Origin: an uncultured Hyphomicrobiales bacterium
Lineage (GTDB): Bacteria; Pseudomonadota; Alphaproteobacteria; Rhizobiales; Kaistiaceae
Length of the DNA stretch: 30,845 nucleotides
Assembly: GCA_964407155.1 (NCBI GenBank)
Contig: CAYOUO010000050.1
Location: 1-30,845 of the forward strand
Direction of reading: 5' to 3'
The notes below the pieces were generated by a model, which was given only the letters and a program-made list of their open reading frames with translations, made no database searches and was not told the DNA's origin. A program made the translations under genes and the position numbers. Below are positions 1 through 10,461 of this stretch, piece by piece (positions within the stretch are counted from its first letter, which is position 1; each line of letters begins with the position of its first letter).

Positions 1-44
1 TGCGTAGGATACCCGATTTTGCCGACTAGTACAAACAGGGAACA

Positions 45-203
45 TCAACTCTCGTCGCTAGGCTCGAGACGATGTTTCGGCCGCCGTTTGTACACGCCAG
101 GGCTGTTGACCAGGCGCTGGCGGTATTTGGGCGACCGCAGGTCGCGCGCCAGCGGGTTGCGCCGCACAGGCTTTTTGCCGGTGCTTGGCCGGGCCTTCTT
201 CAT
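45..203 (-). CDS. Small basic protein (52 aa), ArfA-like alternative ribosome-rescue factor candidate; absent from the ORF track
   Basis: Hand translation from ATG at 203 to TGA at 45-47: [52 protein letters not shown]. The pattern N-x5-L-x2-P-x-[YF]-RQR...G-x-Y-x-R-x2-KH matches E. coli ArfA as I recall it. GGGG lies 8-11 nt upstream. Confidence 0.6.
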   Translation of the reverse strand: MKKARPSTGKKPVRRNPLARDLRSPKYRQRLVNSPGVYKRRPKHRLEPSDES

Positions 204-234
204 TGTTGCAACCCCGCTGCGCTCATGTCTTCGA

Positions 235-263
235 TTGACCCTTTGCGGGCGGTTTCATATCTG
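235..263 (+). promoter_or_regulatory. Putative def promoter (TTGACC-N17-TATCTG; also readable as RpoH-like TTGAC-N16-CATATCT)
   Basis: TTGACC at 235-240, 17-nt spacer, TATCTG at 258-263, 6 nt before the GTG at 270. Confidence 0.45.
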
Positions 264-269
264 AGGGGC

Positions 270-806
270 GTGTCGAAGCTTGAAATTATCACCCTTCCCG
301 ATCCCCTGCTGAGAAGCCGTAGTCTGCCCGTCGAACGGGTGGACGGCGAGCTGCGCGCTTTCATGGACCAGATGCTGGAGACCATGTACGACGCGCCCGG
401 CATCGGCCTGGCCGCCGTTCAGGTCGCGGTGCCCCGGCGCATCGTCACCGTCGATGTTGCCCAGCGCGAGGACAAGGACGCGCCTGCCGCGCCGCTGTTT
501 CTCATCAACCCGGAGATCCTCTGGGCCTCGGATGAGCGCGCCGCGGCGGAGGAGGGCTGCCTGTCGATCCCGGAGTATTTCGCCGAAGTAGAGCGCCCGG
601 CAAAGGTCCGGGTCGCCTACCTCGACGAGAACGGCAAAAGGCAGGAGATCGAGGCCGATGGTATCCTCGCCGTCTGCCTTCAGCACGAGATCGACCATCT
701 CGATGGCAAGCTGTTTATCGATCGTCTTTCGAAGCTGAAACGCGACATGGTTATCAGGAAGTTCACCAAGCAGGCCCGCGTTGGCAGCCGGCCGGCCGCT
801 CTGTAA
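270..806 (+). CDS. def: Peptide deformylase
   Basis: Motifs [13 protein letters not shown] and QHEIDH. Start moved from the track's 72 to GTG 270 ([15 protein letters not shown]), which matches the typical Def N-terminus. Confidence 0.96.
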   Translation: MSKLEIITLPDPLLRSRSLPVERVDGELRAFMDQMLETMYDAPGIGLAAVQVAVPRRIVTVDVAQREDKDAPAAPLFLINPEILWASDERAAAEEGCLSIPEYFAEVERPAKVRVAYLDENGKRQEIEADGILAVCLQHEIDHLDGKLFIDRLSKLKRDMVIRKFTKQARVGSRPAAL

Positions 807-944
807 CGGCGGTCACACTTCCTCGCACAGCCGGCCGCAATTCGGCTGTATTCCTGCCCAGTGATTGAGCTTGCCGCGGGCCCGCCAGGGAACCTTTGTT
901 CCCGATCGGGCGTTTTGCCGCTTGCGAGATCACGGAGAAACCCA

Positions 945-1202
945 ATGATTAGCAAGACCGTAATGGCTTTGGCCATCGTTTCGGCAATTGGATTGGCCGG
1001 CTGCACCACGGACGAGAAGATCGCCTCGGGTGCGGGCATTGGTGCGGCGATCGGTGGGGTCGCGACCAATTCGGTGGGTGGCGCTCTCATCGGCGCGGGC
1101 GTGGGCGCTGTCACGGCGGCTGTCCTCGTCAGCAATCACCACAACGGGTGGTGCACATATCGTTCACCGCATGGTCACGTTTACAACGCGCGCTGCCGTT
1201 AA
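945..1202 (+). CDS. Small glycine-zipper lipoprotein (85 aa) with His/Cys-rich C-terminus
   Basis: GGAG RBS before ATG 945. Signal peptide ends in lipobox LAGC, followed by a GAGIGAAIGG...GALIGAGVGA zipper and tail HHNGWC...HGH...CR. Confidence 0.85.
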   Translation: MISKTVMALAIVSAIGLAGCTTDEKIASGAGIGAAIGGVATNSVGGALIGAGVGAVTAAVLVSNHHNGWCTYRSPHGHVYNARCR

Positions 1203-1220
1203 CTGACGGCAGCCCTTCAC

Positions 1221-1257
1221 GCCGGGGCGCGTACTTCCTCCCCGTACGCGCCCCGGC
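1221..1257 (+). terminator. GC-rich 14-bp perfect stem-loop after the lipoprotein gene
   Basis: GCCGGGGCGCGTAC (1221-1234) pairs with GTACGCGCCCCGGC (1244-1257); 9-nt loop; no clear U-tract. Confidence 0.55.
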
Positions 1258-1305
1258 TGACGTCCTGCTCTTGCTCTCCTGGACGGTGGTGGCTAATCCG
1301 CAGGC

Positions 1306-2229
1306 CTGCGCATAGCCTTTTTCGGGACGCCCGCCTTTGCGGTGCCGACCCTCAGCGAACTCATCGGACATTCCCACGACGTCGCCGCGGTCTATACCCA
1401 GCCGCCGCGGGCAGCCGGTCGCGGCATGGGCGCGCGCCGCTCGCCAGTGCATGAAGCCGCGGACCGCTTCGGCCTTCAGGTTTTCACGCCCGAGCGACTG
1501 AAGGCGGAAGGCGAGGCGGAGCGCTTCCAGGCGCTCGGCGTCGAGGCCGGTGTGGTCGTCGCCTACGGCCAGATCCTGCCGCGTGCTTTTCTCGTCGTCC
1601 CGGCGAACGGCTGCCTCAACCTGCACGCCTCGCTCCTGCCGCGCTGGCGCGGGGCCGCTCCGATTGCGCGCGCCATCATGGCGGGCGATCCCGAGACCGG
1701 CGTCATGGTCATGCGCATGGAGGCGGGTCTCGATACCGGACCAATCGCGATGAGCGAGCGTGTTACTATCGCACCCGACGCGACGGCCGGCGAATTGACG
1801 GAGCGGCTGGCGGTGCTCGGCGCCGACCTGATGGTGCGGGCGCTGGCGGCGTTGTCGCGCGGCGGCCTGTCGTTCGCGCCGCAGGCCGACGAGGGTGTCA
1901 CTTATGCGGCCAAGCTCGACAAGAACGAGACCCGCATCGACTGGACGCGTCCGGCCGCTGAAGTGCACAACCACATTCGCGGGCTGTCGCCCGATCCCGG
2001 TGCGTGGTTCGAGCTCGACCTCGGCAAGGCGCCCGAGCGCGTCAAGGTGCTGAGGTCGCAATGCGCGGACGGCGCCGGCGAGCCCGGCGCCGTGCTGGAT
2101 GGTGCGCTGACCGTCGCGTGCGGAACGGGAGCCGTCCGGCTGCTCCAGATCCAGCGTGCCGGCAAACAGCCGGTCGCGGCGGCCGAGTTTCTGCGCGGCC
2201 TGCGCGCGCCGCTTATTCGCCTCGCCTGA
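1306..2229 (+). CDS. fmt: Methionyl-tRNA formyltransferase (start uncertain: CTG 1306, or frameshifted GTG 1289)
   Basis: Motifs [33 protein letters not shown] and GLDTGP. The conserved [13 protein letters not shown] is encoded in frame upstream of the track's GTG 1342. In-frame TAA at 1294-1296. Confidence 0.93.
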   Translation: MRIAFFGTPAFAVPTLSELIGHSHDVAAVYTQPPRAAGRGMGARRSPVHEAADRFGLQVFTPERLKAEGEAERFQALGVEAGVVVAYGQILPRAFLVVPANGCLNLHASLLPRWRGAAPIARAIMAGDPETGVMVMRMEAGLDTGPIAMSERVTIAPDATAGELTERLAVLGADLMVRALAALSRGGLSFAPQADEGVTYAAKLDKNETRIDWTRPAAEVHNHIRGLSPDPGAWFELDLGKAPERVKVLRSQCADGAGEPGAVLDGALTVACGTGAVRLLQIQRAGKQPVAAAEFLRGLRAPLIRLA

Positions 2230-2231
2230 GC

Positions 2232-2969
2232 ATGCCGCGCTACAAGCTCACCATCGAGTATGACGGCGGGCCATTCGTCGGCTGGCAGCGGCAGGAGAAC
2301 GGCCTCTCCGTGCAGCAGGCGCTGGAGGAAGCGATCGCCGCGTTCTCCGGCGAAACGGTAATCGTGAAAGGGGCGGGGCGCACCGATTCCGGCGTCCATG
2401 CGCTGGGACAAGTGGCGCACATCGATCTTGCCCGGGAACGCAGCGCCGATGTCGTGCGCGATGCCACCAACGCCAATCTCAGGCCGCACCCGATCTCGGT
2501 CGTTGCCGCGGAGGCGGTCTCCGGTGAATTCGACGCGCGCTTCTCGGCGGTGAAGCGGCATTACCTCTACCGCATCCAGCAGCGGCGCGCGGCGCCCGCG
2601 CTCGACCGCGGTCGCGTATGGTGGATCGCGCAGCCACTCGACGTCGCGGCAATGCACGCCGCCGCGCAGGCGCTCGTAGGCAAGCACGATTTCACCACGT
2701 TCCGTTCGGCGCAATGCCAGGCGAAATCGCCGGTGAAGACGCTGGACCGGCTCGACGTCTCGCGCGAAGGCGACGAGGTAGTGATCCGGGCGAGCGCACG
2801 CTCGTTCCTGCACAATCAGGTGCGCTCGATGGTCGGCACGATCCGGAAAGTCGGCGACGGAAGCTGGCCGCCCGAAGCGGTCGGCGAGGCGCTCGCAGCG
2901 CGCGACCGCGCCCGCTCCGGCCCCGTCGCGCCGGCCGATGGGCTTTATCTGGTCGCCGTCGATTACTGA
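2232..2969 (+). CDS. truA: tRNA pseudouridine(38-40) synthase
   Basis: [13 protein letters not shown]-terminus, catalytic [23 protein letters not shown] is 2 nt after the fmt stop. Confidence 0.96.
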   Translation: MPRYKLTIEYDGGPFVGWQRQENGLSVQQALEEAIAAFSGETVIVKGAGRTDSGVHALGQVAHIDLARERSADVVRDATNANLRPHPISVVAAEAVSGEFDARFSAVKRHYLYRIQQRRAAPALDRGRVWWIAQPLDVAAMHAAAQALVGKHDFTTFRSAQCQAKSPVKTLDRLDVSREGDEVVIRASARSFLHNQVRSMVGTIRKVGDGSWPPEAVGEALAARDRARSGPVAPADGLYLVAVDY

Positions 2970-3566
2970 TCAACTGGTGAACGGATAGCCCGTCACCTGA
3001 TTGATGACGAGGACGATCGCGATGCTGACCAGCCAGTCGAGTGCGACCAGCCCGGCCGCAACGTCGGGTGCGACGCCCAATGTCCGGCGCGCAATCACGA
3101 AAGTGAGGCGCAGCGAAAACGCGAGCGCGATCAGCGATGGCAATAGCAACACCTCGTCGCTCAGCCCGAGCAGGCTGAGAACGGCGATGATCGCAAACGG
3201 CACCGTCATCAGGATGGTCGCCCAGTTGCGAATGGCGACGTAGGGCACGTAACCGCGGCCGACGCCGATGAAGCCGGCGATGAGCGCGATCAGGATCGGG
3301 AATGTCACCCAGTCAAGGGCGAGGCTGACCGCCTTGCCCGACCAGAACACGCTGTCGCTGAAACCGTCCGGTGGCAAACTGCGCTCGATCGCCACGCGGT
3401 CGGCAAGCGCCGCTATGGCATAGAGCGGCGCCACGACGATGATCGCCTGGAAGGAGCGCCAGAAGCCATCGACGCCGGTCTCGAAAAACTGCGGTGCGTC
3501 CGGCTTGTTGAGAAAAAAGCGCCACGCGCCGGTGAGCGCGCGTTCGGTCTCGCGCCGGTCGATCAC
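2970..3566 (-). CDS. Multi-pass inner-membrane protein of unknown function (198 aa)
   Basis: About 5 hydrophobic segments; GTGA overlap with the dapE stop implies translational coupling. Confidence 0.8.
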   Translation of the reverse strand: MIDRRETERALTGAWRFFLNKPDAPQFFETGVDGFWRSFQAIIVVAPLYAIAALADRVAIERSLPPDGFSDSVFWSGKAVSLALDWVTFPILIALIAGFIGVGRGYVPYVAIRNWATILMTVPFAIIAVLSLLGLSDEVLLLPSLIALAFSLRLTFVIARRTLGVAPDVAAGLVALDWLVSIAIVLVINQVTGYPFTS

Positions 3567-4735
3567 CGCGGCTGTCCGAAGAAGCGGCCCAGGAATTCGC
3601 GGTAGATGGCGGTGAGCCGATCGAGATCGGCGAGCGGAATGCGCTCATCGGTCTGATGCATCGTGTCGCCGACGGGGCCGAACTCGACCACCGGGCAGAA
3701 ATCGCGGAAATAGCGCGCGTCGGAGGTGCCGCCGCCGGTCGAGCTGTCGGCGGCCAGGCCGGTGACGTGGCTGATCGCGGCCCTGATTGTTTCCAGCAGC
3801 GGTCCGGGCGCCGTCACGAATGACTGGCTGGGGTTGGGCTCATAAACGATCTCGACGTCCCGCTCGGCAACCTGGATGATCTCGCTGCGCAAAAGCGCGT
3901 TCAGCGACATCGGCGTCCACAGGTCGTTGAAGCGGATGTTGAAGCGGGCGCACGCTTCGCCGGGGATCACGTTGAAAGCACCGTTGTCTGTGGCGAGACC
4001 CGTGATCTCAAGGTTTGACGCTTGGAAGCCCGGGCTGCCGTCGTCGATCTCCAGCATGCTCAGGCGGTCCAGGATGCGCACCAACTCCGGCACGGGATTG
4101 TCGGCAAGATGCGGGTAGGCGACGTGCCCCTGCTTGCCGCGCACGATGATCGTTCCCGACAGCGACCCGCGCCGGCCGACCTTGACGGTGTCGCCGACGG
4201 CCTTCTGTGATGTCGGCTCGCCGACGATGGCCGCGTCGAAGCGGTGGCCGGCGCCCTTGGCCCAGTCGAGCAGCTTGACGGTGCCGTTGATCGCCGGGCC
4301 TTCCTCGTCGCCGGTGATCGCCAGCGACAGCGTTCCTGCCTGGCCAGACCTCGCCCAGTCGAGTGCGGCAGTCAGGAACGCGGCGATGCCGCCCTTCATG
4401 TCGACCGCGCCGCGGCCGTACATTGCCCCATCCGCGACCTCTGCCGCGAAAGGCGGATGCCGCCAGCGCGCCTCGTCGCCCGGCGGAACGACATCGGTGT
4501 GGCCGCCGAACACGAGGTGCGGAGCACCCGAGCCGACGGTGGCAAACAGGTTGCGCACGGCCGGCATGTCGGGCTCGGAGAAGGTCAGCTGCTCGACCGT
4601 GAAGCCGGCGGCGGCCAGCGCTGTGGCGAGGTAATCCTGCGCGCCGCCATCTTCCGGCGTCACCGACCGGCAGGCGATCAGCGAGCGCAGATGGTCGGCG
4701 GCGGTCCTGGGGTTCGGCTGGGTCTGGTCCGGCAT
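3563..4735 (-). CDS. dapE: Succinyl-diaminopimelate desuccinylase
   Basis: M20 motifs GHTDVVP, GRGAVDMKG, GDEE, GEPT, GGTSDAR and MHQTDE; near dapD. Confidence 0.95.
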   Translation of the reverse strand: MPDQTQPNPRTAADHLRSLIACRSVTPEDGGAQDYLATALAAAGFTVEQLTFSEPDMPAVRNLFATVGSGAPHLVFGGHTDVVPPGDEARWRHPPFAAEVADGAMYGRGAVDMKGGIAAFLTAALDWARSGQAGTLSLAITGDEEGPAINGTVKLLDWAKGAGHRFDAAIVGEPTSQKAVGDTVKVGRRGSLSGTIIVRGKQGHVAYPHLADNPVPELVRILDRLSMLEIDDGSPGFQASNLEITGLATDNGAFNVIPGEACARFNIRFNDLWTPMSLNALLRSEIIQVAERDVEIVYEPNPSQSFVTAPGPLLETIRAAISHVTGLAADSSTGGGTSDARYFRDFCPVVEFGPVGDTMHQTDERIPLADLDRLTAIYREFLGRFFGQPR

Positions 4736-4795
4736 GGATACTGCGTACAGCGGGCGAGGTTGACGGGGGGGTTTAGCTATCGCGCAACTGCGGCG

Positions 4796-5170
4796 TCAAC
4801 CAGCCCGCCTGCCGAGAGGATCCGGGCCAAACCGGTTCATCCCGAGGGTTCCGCGCTGGCAGAACCAGACCAGCAATATGATCGAGCCGATCAGCGGTAT
4901 GAGGCAAAGGAGAAGAAACCAACCCGACCTGTCGCGGTCGTGCAGCCGCCGAACGGAAACCGCGATATCGGGAATGAGCAGGCCGAGCGAGACGATTGCG
5001 CTGACCATCGCGATGCGGGAGTCTCCCGTCAGGGCGAAGTCGATGATCCTGGCCACCAGGCTGGTCAGTGCAACAAAGAGCACCCAGTACCAGTATTCCG
5101 ATCGCGATGCCCGCCCGCTGAAGCGAACGTAGTTCCGAAAGCCCGCCGCGATAGCTTCGCCAAATCCCAT
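4796..5170 (-). CDS. DUF805-family inner-membrane protein (124 aa)
   Basis: FSGRASRSEYW, VRRLHDRDRSGW and NRFGPDP motifs; GGAG RBS before ATG 5170. Confidence 0.9.
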   Translation of the reverse strand: MGFGEAIAAGFRNYVRFSGRASRSEYWYWVLFVALTSLVARIIDFALTGDSRIAMVSAIVSLGLLIPDIAVSVRRLHDRDRSGWFLLLCLIPLIGSIILLVWFCQRGTLGMNRFGPDPLGRRAG

Positions 5171-5235
5171 CTCGCCCTCCTGCCACCTGATTCCAGTTGC
5201 AGGGGCACAGGATACACGCCCTTGTTTTGCCGAGG

Positions 5236-6081
<846 letters not shown>

Positions 6082-6140
6082 TTTCCTGCCCTCAAGGGAT
6101 AGCGGCGACCGCTGGCAATATCGGGTTTTCGCAGACGGCG

Positions 6141-6869
6141 CTACCCGCCGGCGACCACGGCAAGCACGCCCTGGAGAAATCCCGCGAGATCATCGGTCAC
6201 GAAGTCCACGTGCGCAGCTTCGCGGCCTTCCTGCTCCCAGGCTTCGCCGAGGACTTCCGTGGCTTCCGCCGGGACGATCAGCACGGTTGCCATGCCGAGC
6301 GCGGCCGGCACCGCGAGGTTGCGCGACAGGTCCTCGAACATCGCGGCGCGGCGTGGGGTCACGCCGGTTGCGGCGAGAAACCGGTCATAGGTCTCGGCCG
6401 CCGGCTTCGGCAGAAGATCCGAGCTCACGATGTCGAAGATGTCCTCGAAGTGGCGGGTGACGCCCAGCCGCTCCGCCACCTTCTCGGCATGAGCCCGCGA
6501 GCCGTTGGTGAGGATGAACTTGCGGCCGGGCAGGCGCTCGATTGCCGCGGCTAGTGCCGGGTCGGGCTGCACCACCGAATGGTCGATGTCGTGGACGTAG
6601 GCGAGGAACTCGTCCGGCGCGATGCGATGTTCCTCCATCAGCCCGCGCAGCGTGGTGCCGTAGCGCTGGTAGTAATCCTTCTGGATGCGCCGGGCGTCGT
6701 CGCGCGACAGCTTCAGCAGGTTGGCGACGTAGTCGTGGATGCGCCGGTCGACCTGCTGGAACAGGTTGGTGCTGCGCGGATAGAGCGTATTGTCGAGGTC
6801 GAAGACCCAGGCATCGACGCCGCGGAAACGCGCGAGATCACCGGCTGGCGCCGCTGCGGCGTCCGTCAT
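6141..6869 (-). CDS. HAD-family pyrimidine 5'-nucleotidase
   Basis: HAD motif [17 protein letters not shown], and MFED motifs; ATGA overlap with argB. Confidence 0.9.
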   Translation of the reverse strand: MTDAAAAPAGDLARFRGVDAWVFDLDNTLYPRSTNLFQQVDRRIHDYVANLLKLSRDDARRIQKDYYQRYGTTLRGLMEEHRIAPDEFLAYVHDIDHSVVQPDPALAAAIERLPGRKFILTNGSRAHAEKVAERLGVTRHFEDIFDIVSSDLLPKPAAETYDRFLAATGVTPRRAAMFEDLSRNLAVPAALGMATVLIVPAEATEVLGEAWEQEGREAAHVDFVTDDLAGFLQGVLAVVAGG

Positions 6870-7765
6870 GGCTTGATCAGCGTGCCGGCGCCGTGGTCGG
6901 TGAAGAGCTCGAGCAATACGGCATGCGGCACCTTGCCGTTCAGGATGACGACGCCCTCGACGCCCTGGCGGATGGCGTCGATGCAGGTCTCCACCTTCGG
7001 GATCATGCCGCCGGAAATCGTGCCATCCTTGATCAGCGCGCGGGCTTCCTTGACGGTGAGCTGCTTGATGAGCGCACCGTTTTTATCGAGCACGCCCGGC
7101 ACGTCGGTCAGGAACAGGAGACGTGCGGCGCCGAGGCGCCCGGCAATGGCGCCGGCGAAGGTGTCGGCGTTGACGTGGTAGGTATTGCCGTCGTCGCCCG
7201 GAGCCACCGGTGCGATGACGGGGATGAGGCCTGCTCCCAGTACCATGTCGATCACCGCGCGGCTGACCCGCTTGGGCTCGCCGACGAAGCCGAGATCGAT
7301 CTCGCGTTCGATGTGGGAGTCGGGATCTTTCTCGGTGCGGGTGACCTTTTCGGCGAAGACCATGTTGCCGTCCTTGCCGGAAAGGCCGACCGCCTTGCCG
7401 CCTTCGGCATTGATCGCCATCACGATCTCTTTGTTGATCGAGCCGGCGAGCACCATCTCGACCACCTCGACTGTTGCCTTGTCGGTGACGCGAAGGCCGC
7501 CGCGGAACTCCGATTTGATGCCAAGCAGGTCGAGCATGCGGCCGATCTGCGGACCGCCGCCGTGAACCACCACCGGCCGCGCGCCGGCGGTCTCGAGCAG
7601 CGTGATGTCGCGGGCAAATGCCTTCGCGAGTTCGGCATCGCCCATGGCGTGACCGCCGTACTTCACGACCACGATCTTCTGGTCGTAGGCGAGCATGTAG
7701 GGAAGGGCGGCCGAGATCAGCCGTGCGGTCGTGACGGCGTCGGCGGCTTCGGCGGTGTCGGTCAT
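6866..7765 (-). CDS. argB: Acetylglutamate kinase
   Basis: [23 protein letters not shown] and GGMIPKV motifs; start taken at ATG 7765 with GGAG upstream. Confidence 0.96.
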   Translation of the reverse strand: MTDTAEAADAVTTARLISAALPYMLAYDQKIVVVKYGGHAMGDAELAKAFARDITLLETAGARPVVVHGGGPQIGRMLDLLGIKSEFRGGLRVTDKATVEVVEMVLAGSINKEIVMAINAEGGKAVGLSGKDGNMVFAEKVTRTEKDPDSHIEREIDLGFVGEPKRVSRAVIDMVLGAGLIPVIAPVAPGDDGNTYHVNADTFAGAIAGRLGAARLLFLTDVPGVLDKNGALIKQLTVKEARALIKDGTISGGMIPKVETCIDAIRQGVEGVVILNGKVPHAVLLELFTDHGAGTLIKP

Positions 7766-7802
7766 GGTCTCTCCCCGGCGGGCTCGGGCGGGCGCTCTAT
7801 AG

Positions 7803-7829
7803 CGGGTTTGGGCGGCGGCCACAAACCCG
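7803..7829. terminator. Stem-loop between yihA and argB
   Basis: CGGGTTTG-GGC...GCC-A-CAAACCCG inverted repeat just after the yihA stop; no U-tract. Confidence 0.35.
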
Positions 7830-7835
7830 GCGGAC

Positions 7836-8492
7836 CTAGTCGCTGCGCGACAGAAGTTCGGCGATTTCGGCCCTGAGAACGTCAATGCCGCTGCCGGTCT
7901 CCGACGATGTAGCGAGAACCGTGGGGTGGGTCGCGGCGCGTCTCGCGATCGCCGCTGTCACGCCGTCAACCGCCGCCGCAACTTCGGCCGCCTTCAGGCG
8001 ATCGGCCTTGGTCAGCACCACCTGGCAGGAGACCGCGGCCCTGTCGATGGTCTTCAGCGTCTCGACGTCGCTGTCCTTCAGCCCGTGACGCGCATCGACC
8101 AGCAGATAGATACGGCGCAGCCGGGCGCGGCCACGGAGAAAATCGGCGACGAGTTTTTCCCAGGCGGCGGCATCGGCTTTCGAGGCGCGGGCATAGCCGT
8201 AGCCCGGCATATCGACGATCGTCAGGCCGGAGCCGGCGGAGAAGAAGTTGAGCTCACGCGTGCGCCCCGGGGTCGCCGACGTACGGGCCAGCGCCTTCTG
8301 ACCGGTGAGAGCATTGATCAGCGACGACTTGCCGACATTCGAGCGGCCGGCGAAGGCGACCTCGACTTCGGTCGCCGGCCTGAGCGCGCGCGCGTCGGGG
8401 GCGCCGAAGACATGTTGCCATGGCCGGGCGAACAGAAGGCGCCCCCGTTCGAGCCACGCCTGTTCATCGTCGTCGTGGTGATCGTCGCCCAT
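7836..8492 (-). CDS. yihA: Ribosome biogenesis GTPase YihA/EngB (YsxC)
   Basis: G1 [10 protein letters not shown]3 DMPGYG, G4 TKAD; start ATG 8492. Confidence 0.95.
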   Translation of the reverse strand: MGDDHHDDDEQAWLERGRLLFARPWQHVFGAPDARALRPATEVEVAFAGRSNVGKSSLINALTGQKALARTSATPGRTRELNFFSAGSGLTIVDMPGYGYARASKADAAAWEKLVADFLRGRARLRRIYLLVDARHGLKDSDVETLKTIDRAAVSCQVVLTKADRLKAAEVAAAVDGVTAAIARRAATHPTVLATSSETGSGIDVLRAEIAELLSRSD

Positions 8493-8526
8493 GGCGCGCC
8501 TCGTTGCGACGCCGGCGAGCCGCTGC

Positions 8527-10437
8527 TCAGCCCTTGGCCTTGCCGGTCTTCGCCTTGACCTTCTTCTTGTCGTCGTTGGCAACCGCTGGGGCGGCTATCG
8601 CTGGTGCCGTCGCGGGCTTCGCCGGTCTGAGGCCAAGCGAAGAGACGATGTTGCCCCAGAGGTCCACGTCGGCGCCCTGACGGCGCATGATGAAGTACTG
8701 CTGCGTCACCGACAGCGTATTGTTCCACGCCCAATAGATGACGAGCCCTGCCGGAAACGAAGCCAGCATGAACGTGAAGATCAGCGGCATCCAGGTGAAG
8801 ATCGCGGCCTGCGCCGGGTCCGGCGGCGTCGGATTGAGGCGCATCTGCACGAACATCGTGATGCCCATGATGATCGGCCAGGCGCCGAGCAGCAGGAAGT
8901 GGCCGATGACCGGCACCTGCCCGGGGTCATAGGGCAGGAGGCCGAAGAGGTTGAAGATCGTGGTGGGATCGGGCGCCGAGAGGTCGTGAATCCAGCCGAA
9001 GAACGGCGCATGCCGCATTTCGCTGGTGACGTAGAGCACCTTGTAGAGCGAGAAGAAGACCGGGATCTGGATCGCCACCGGCCAGCAGCCGGCGAGCGGA
9101 TTGATCTTCTCTTTCTTGTAAAGCTCCATCAGGGCCTGCTGCTGCCGGGCCTTGTCGTCCTTGTACTGCTCGCGAAGCGCGGCCCTCTGCGGCTGCACGC
9201 GCTTCATCGCGCTCATCGACTTGTACGACTGGTTGGCAAGCGGAAAGAACAGCGCCTTGACGCAGACCGTCACCGCCAGGATCGCGAGGCCGAAGTTGCC
9301 GAACAGGCGGTAGAAGAAGTCGAGGACCGCGAACATCGGCTTGGTGATGATCCACAGCCACTCGCCCCAGTCGATGAGGAGATCGAAATGCGGGATGCCG
9401 CCGACCTGCGCGTCGCGGTAATCGTTGACGACGGCGACCTGCTTGGCGCCAGTAAAGAGCCGGCTGCTCATCGATGCGGTGGCGCCCGGCGCCAGCGATA
9501 CGGTGTCGCCGGTGTAATCCGCCTGATAGCCGGCCGGCGTCTCGATGCGCTCGAATTTGGCGACGAAATCCTTGCCTGATTCCGGAATGAGCGCCGTGGC
9601 CCAGTACTTGTCGTTGATGCCGAACCAGCCGCTCGTTGCCTTGTCGAAGGTCACCAGCTTGTCGCTGTCGAGCGACTTGTAGGCCTCCTGCTTCAGGTGC
9701 TGGTCGCCAACCACTCCGATCAGGCCGAGATGAAGGATGTAGCTGCCGTTGGCGGGCGCACCGAAACGGGTCACGCGCCCATACGGGGTCAGGGCTGCCG
9801 TCGCGCTGCCGTTGTTTTTCACCGCGTCGGTCACGGTGAACATGAACTTGTCGTCGACGGCGATGGTGCGGCTGAACACAAGACCGGCGCCATTGTCGAA
9901 AGTCAGCGTCACCGGCGTCGTCGGGGTGAGCTTGGCACCGGCCGGCGCTATCCATTTCGTTGTGGGACCGGGGAGGGGCCCCGCCGTCGCGCTGCCAACC
10001 CAGCCGAACTCGGCAAAGTAGCCGTCCGGTGCATTGGCAGGACTGAGGAGAGCAATCGTCGGACTGCTCTTGTCGACGGTCTCGTGATAATCGTTCAACC
10101 GCAAATCATCGATGCGGCCGCCGGCCAGATTGATCGAGCCGGTGACCGACGGGGTCGTGATCGGCACCCGCGGCGTTTCGGCGAGCGCCGCCTCGCGGGT
10201 GAGCGCGCTGGCCGCGGCGGTGCCGACCGGCGTTGCGCCCTGGCCCCTGTCTTGGACTGGCGTCGGGGAAGCGCTGCCGGGAGCGGCAGCGCCCGAAGCG
10301 GGCGCCGCCTGCTGCGCGGCGATTTCCTGCTGTTGCTGGGCCTTCTGCATCTGCGGCCCGGCGATGAAGAACTGCCAGCCAAACAAGACGACGAGCGAGA
10401 GGGCAATCGCGATGAGAAAATTGCGGTTATCTGGCAT
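8527..10437 (-). CDS. yidC: Membrane protein insertase YidC
   Basis: N-terminal TM, large periplasmic domain, DWG, NFGLAI, NPLAGCWP, and GLVIYWAWNN. Confidence 0.97.
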   Translation of the reverse strand: MPDNRNFLIAIALSLVVLFGWQFFIAGPQMQKAQQQQEIAAQQAAPASGAAAPGSASPTPVQDRGQGATPVGTAAASALTREAALAETPRVPITTPSVTGSINLAGGRIDDLRLNDYHETVDKSSPTIALLSPANAPDGYFAEFGWVGSATAGPLPGPTTKWIAPAGAKLTPTTPVTLTFDNGAGLVFSRTIAVDDKFMFTVTDAVKNNGSATAALTPYGRVTRFGAPANGSYILHLGLIGVVGDQHLKQEAYKSLDSDKLVTFDKATSGWFGINDKYWATALIPESGKDFVAKFERIETPAGYQADYTGDTVSLAPGATASMSSRLFTGAKQVAVVNDYRDAQVGGIPHFDLLIDWGEWLWIITKPMFAVLDFFYRLFGNFGLAILAVTVCVKALFFPLANQSYKSMSAMKRVQPQRAALREQYKDDKARQQQALMELYKKEKINPLAGCWPVAIQIPVFFSLYKVLYVTSEMRHAPFFGWIHDLSAPDPTTIFNLFGLLPYDPGQVPVIGHFLLLGAWPIIMGITMFVQMRLNPTPPDPAQAAIFTWMPLIFTFMLASFPAGLVIYWAWNNTLSVTQQYFIMRRQGADVDLWGNIVSSLGLRPAKPATAPAIAAPAVANDDKKKVKAKTGKAKG

Positions 10438-10461
10438 CAGTCGGACCCGTGCGCCCGCGTT

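Noticed and set aside
72-269. 66-aa N-terminal extension of Def in the ORF track
   Set aside because: No Def-like sequence; it overlaps the promoter and the antisense 52-aa ORF; GTG 270 gives a normal Def start.
10438-10461. Absence of yidD between rnpA and yidC
   Set aside because: Only 24 nt separate the genes, and yidD is often located elsewhere; not unusual.
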